DNA of 64,000 nt from Myxococcota bacterium (GTDB lineage: Bacteria > Myxococcota_A > UBA9160 > SZUA-336). Made by a program: the position numbers and the translations under genes. Below are positions 61,852 to 64,000 of the stretch, piece by piece. The DNA lies in assembly GCA_965247115.1 (NCBI GenBank), contig CBDFGR010000003.1:896001-960000 (forward strand), read 5' to 3'. The notes beneath the pieces are model-generated. The model ran no database searches. It worked only from the letters and a program-made list of their open reading frames with translations, and was not told where the DNA came from. Position 1 is the first letter of the stretch. The number at the start of each line of letters is the position of its first letter.

Positions 61852-62739
61852 ATGGAGGTCAGATTGGAGCAGATCCGCTACGAGGCTCCCCGCTCGATCG
61901 GGGAGGCTGTTGAGCTACTGAAGAGCGGCAACGGAGCCGACGCCCGCGTCCTTGCCGGCGGAACCGACCTGCTGGTGCAGATGCGGCTCGGGTTGCGCTC
62001 GCCAGGGCTCGTGGTCGACGTGAAGAGAGTCCCGGAGCTGATCAGCACGGCGCTGGATGACCAGGGGGTGCGGTTAGGGGCCAGCGTGTGCGCAGCAGAG
62101 ATCGTGGAGAACAAGCAGATCGGAGAGCTGTATCCGGGTCTGGTCGAGGCCACGGACCTGATCGGCTCCACCCAGATCCAGGGGCGCGCGTCACTCGGCG
62201 GGAACCTCTGCAACGGCTCTCCAGCCGCGGACACGGTACCCGCACTGATCGTGCTCGGCGCAGAAGCCGTCGTGGCCGGCCCGGCGGGACAGCGTGCGGT
62301 TCCAGTCGAGTCCTTCATCACGGGTCCGGGAGAGACGGTGTTGCAGGACGGCGAGCTCGTCGTCGAGCTCCGGATCGCGAGGCCCGCGCCGCGCTCCGGG
62401 GATGCCTATCTGCGCTTCATCCCCCGGACTGAGATGGACATTGCGGTCGTGGGCGCGGGTGTGAGCCTGACGCTGGACGGGGATGGCACGTGTACCGCGG
62501 CCCACGTGGCTCTGGGAGCCGTGGCGCCCACTCCCATTGTCGTGCCAGAGGCGGCTCGGGCACTGATCGGAACGCGCATCGATGAGCAGGCCTTGCAACG
62601 GGCAGCCGACGCATCGAGTGCTGCAGCGAATCCGATTGACGACAAGCGCGGTACGGTCGCGTACAGGCGCAAGCTGGCTGGGGTGCTGACCAGACGGTCG
62701 GCCGCGATTGCTGCAGAGCGTGCGAGGGGGAGAAGTTAG
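61852..62739 (+). CDS. Xanthine dehydrogenase/CODH family FAD-binding subunit (CoxM-like)
   Basis: LAGGTDL, IGSTQIQGRASLGGNLCNGSPAAD and PIDDKRG motifs. Confidence 0.93.
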   Translation: MEVRLEQIRYEAPRSIGEAVELLKSGNGADARVLAGGTDLLVQMRLGLRSPGLVVDVKRVPELISTALDDQGVRLGASVCAAEIVENKQIGELYPGLVEATDLIGSTQIQGRASLGGNLCNGSPAADTVPALIVLGAEAVVAGPAGQRAVPVESFITGPGETVLQDGELVVELRIARPAPRSGDAYLRFIPRTEMDIAVVGAGVSLTLDGDGTCTAAHVALGAVAPTPIVVPEAARALIGTRIDEQALQRAADASSAAANPIDDKRGTVAYRRKLAGVLTRRSAAIAAERARGRS

Positions 62740-63222
62740 GTGGCGAAGACACACGTCAAGACGACGATCAACGGCGAGCCGACAGAGTTCCTGTGCGAGC
62801 CGCATCGGACCCTGCTCGATGCGCTCCGCGACGACCTCACCCTGACCGGTACGAAAGAGGGCTGCTCCACCGGAGACTGCGGAGCGTGCTCGGTCGTGCT
62901 CGACGGGCGGCTGGTGTGCTCCTGTCTCGTGCTCGCCTTGGAAGCCGACGGGCGCAGCGTGGAGACTGTCGAAGGTGTGGCGCGAGGCGAAGAGCTCCAT
63001 CCCATACAGCAGAAATTCCTCGAGCACGCTGCGCTGCAATGCGGCGTGTGCACACCGGGCCTGATGGTGGCAGCGAAACACCTGCTCGACAGGAATCCAG
63101 ACCCGACGGAAGAAGAGACCCGCTACTACCTGGCCGGCAACCTCTGTCGGTGCACCGGTTACGACAAGATCATCCGCGCCGTCTTGGACGCGGCTGACGA
63201 GATGAGGGGGGAAGCTCGATGA
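62740..63222 (+). CDS. (2Fe-2S) subunit (CoxS-like)
   Basis: GCSTGDCGAC, QCGVCTPG and NLCRCTGY motifs. Confidence 0.95.
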   Translation: MAKTHVKTTINGEPTEFLCEPHRTLLDALRDDLTLTGTKEGCSTGDCGACSVVLDGRLVCSCLVLALEADGRSVETVEGVARGEELHPIQQKFLEHAALQCGVCTPGLMVAAKHLLDRNPDPTEEETRYYLAGNLCRCTGYDKIIRAVLDAADEMRGEAR

Positions 63223-64000
63223 GCGAAGAGCCAAAGTACAAGTGGATCGGCACGCGTCCCATCCGCCCGGACGGCCTCGACAAAGTGACGGGCCGCGCCA
63301 ACTTCGGCGCCGACATGACGTTTCCTGGGATGCTCCACGGCAAGGTGCTGCGCAGCCCGCATGCTCACGCGAGGATCCGCTCGATCAACGTGAAGCCGGC
63401 GCTAGCCCTCGAGGGCGTCAAGGCGGTCATCACCGGCGCGGACCTTCCGACCTTCGATCCGAGCGAAATGATCGGGCCAACCGCGGTGTGGGATCTCGCT
63501 CGCAACATCATGGCCCGCGACAAGGCGCTCTACGACGGTCACGCCGTCGCCGCTATCGCGGCGACGACCGCGCGGCAGGCGGAGGCGGCACTCGGAGCGA
63601 TTGAGGTGGACTACGAAGTCCTCGAGCCGGTCATGGACCTCGACACCGCAATTGCCCCAGACGCCCCGATCCTCGACGAGGCGATGAGAGCCCAGGGCCA
63701 AGACCCGAAGCCCGAAGGCCCCACGAACGTGGCCAGCCACACCCAGATCGGACGTGGTGATGTCGAGGCGGGTTTCAAGGCAGCCGACGTCATCGTCGAG
63801 CGGGAGTTCACGACCAAGACCGTGCACCAGGGCTACATCGAGCCGCACGCAGTAGTCGCGCGCACCGGACAGGACGATCAGTCCGTGGTGTGGTGCTGCA
63901 CCCAAGGAGCGTTCATGGTCCGGGCTTTCTCGGCCAAGGTCCTGGGTCTGTCTTTGAACCAGATCAAAGTGATCCCGAGCGAGATCGGCGGCGGGTTCGG
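63219..64000 (+). CDS. Molybdopterin-binding large subunit (CoxL/XdhB-like), 5' part
   Basis: Manual translation: RPDGLDKVTGRA, RSPHAHARI, HQGYIEPH and EIGGGFG; runs off the window end. Confidence 0.93.
   Translation, partial: MSEEPKYKWIGTRPIRPDGLDKVTGRANFGADMTFPGMLHGKVLRSPHAHARIRSINVKPALALEGVKAVITGADLPTFDPSEMIGPTAVWDLARNIMARDKALYDGHAVAAIAATTARQAEAALGAIEVDYEVLEPVMDLDTAIAPDAPILDEAMRAQGQDPKPEGPTNVASHTQIGRGDVEAGFKAADVIVEREFTTKTVHQGYIEPHAVVARTGQDDQSVVWCCTQGAFMVRAFSAKVLGLSLNQIKVIPSEIGGGF

Overview
High-GC bacterial chromosomal window; gene content and order suggest a Myxococcota/deltaproteobacterium-like host (inference). 1-19.8 kb is a nearly continuous minus-strand housekeeping block (uvrB, cysS, ispDF, carD, secDF-yajC, ahcY, metK, PTS(Ntr) cluster, rpoN, lptCAB, greB). 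19.8-43 kb is mixed metabolic/accessory DNA, including a 291-bp palindromic MITE/REPIN-like element, a RAYT-like HUH transposase, an ECF sigma/anti-sigma/CHRD locus with two matching promoter motifs, and a flavin monooxygenase pair. The highlight is a 15,023-bp element integrated in tRNA-Arg(CCG) (45-bp att duplication at 43033-43077 and 58056-58100). It encodes an integrase, an excisionase-like HTH, a primase-helicase, a large terminase and an HK97-type capsid, but no portal, protease or tail, which makes it a candidate unusual phage satellite. Nested in it is an IS1595-family transporter element (53278-57817, 8-bp TSD) carrying a P63C gene and a methyltransferase-HNH fusion, itself split by an IS5-family element (53698-54972, CTAG TSD). 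The window ends with a B12 radical SAM gene, gdhA and a coxMSL-like operon. All calls come from reading motifs by eye; no database searches were run.
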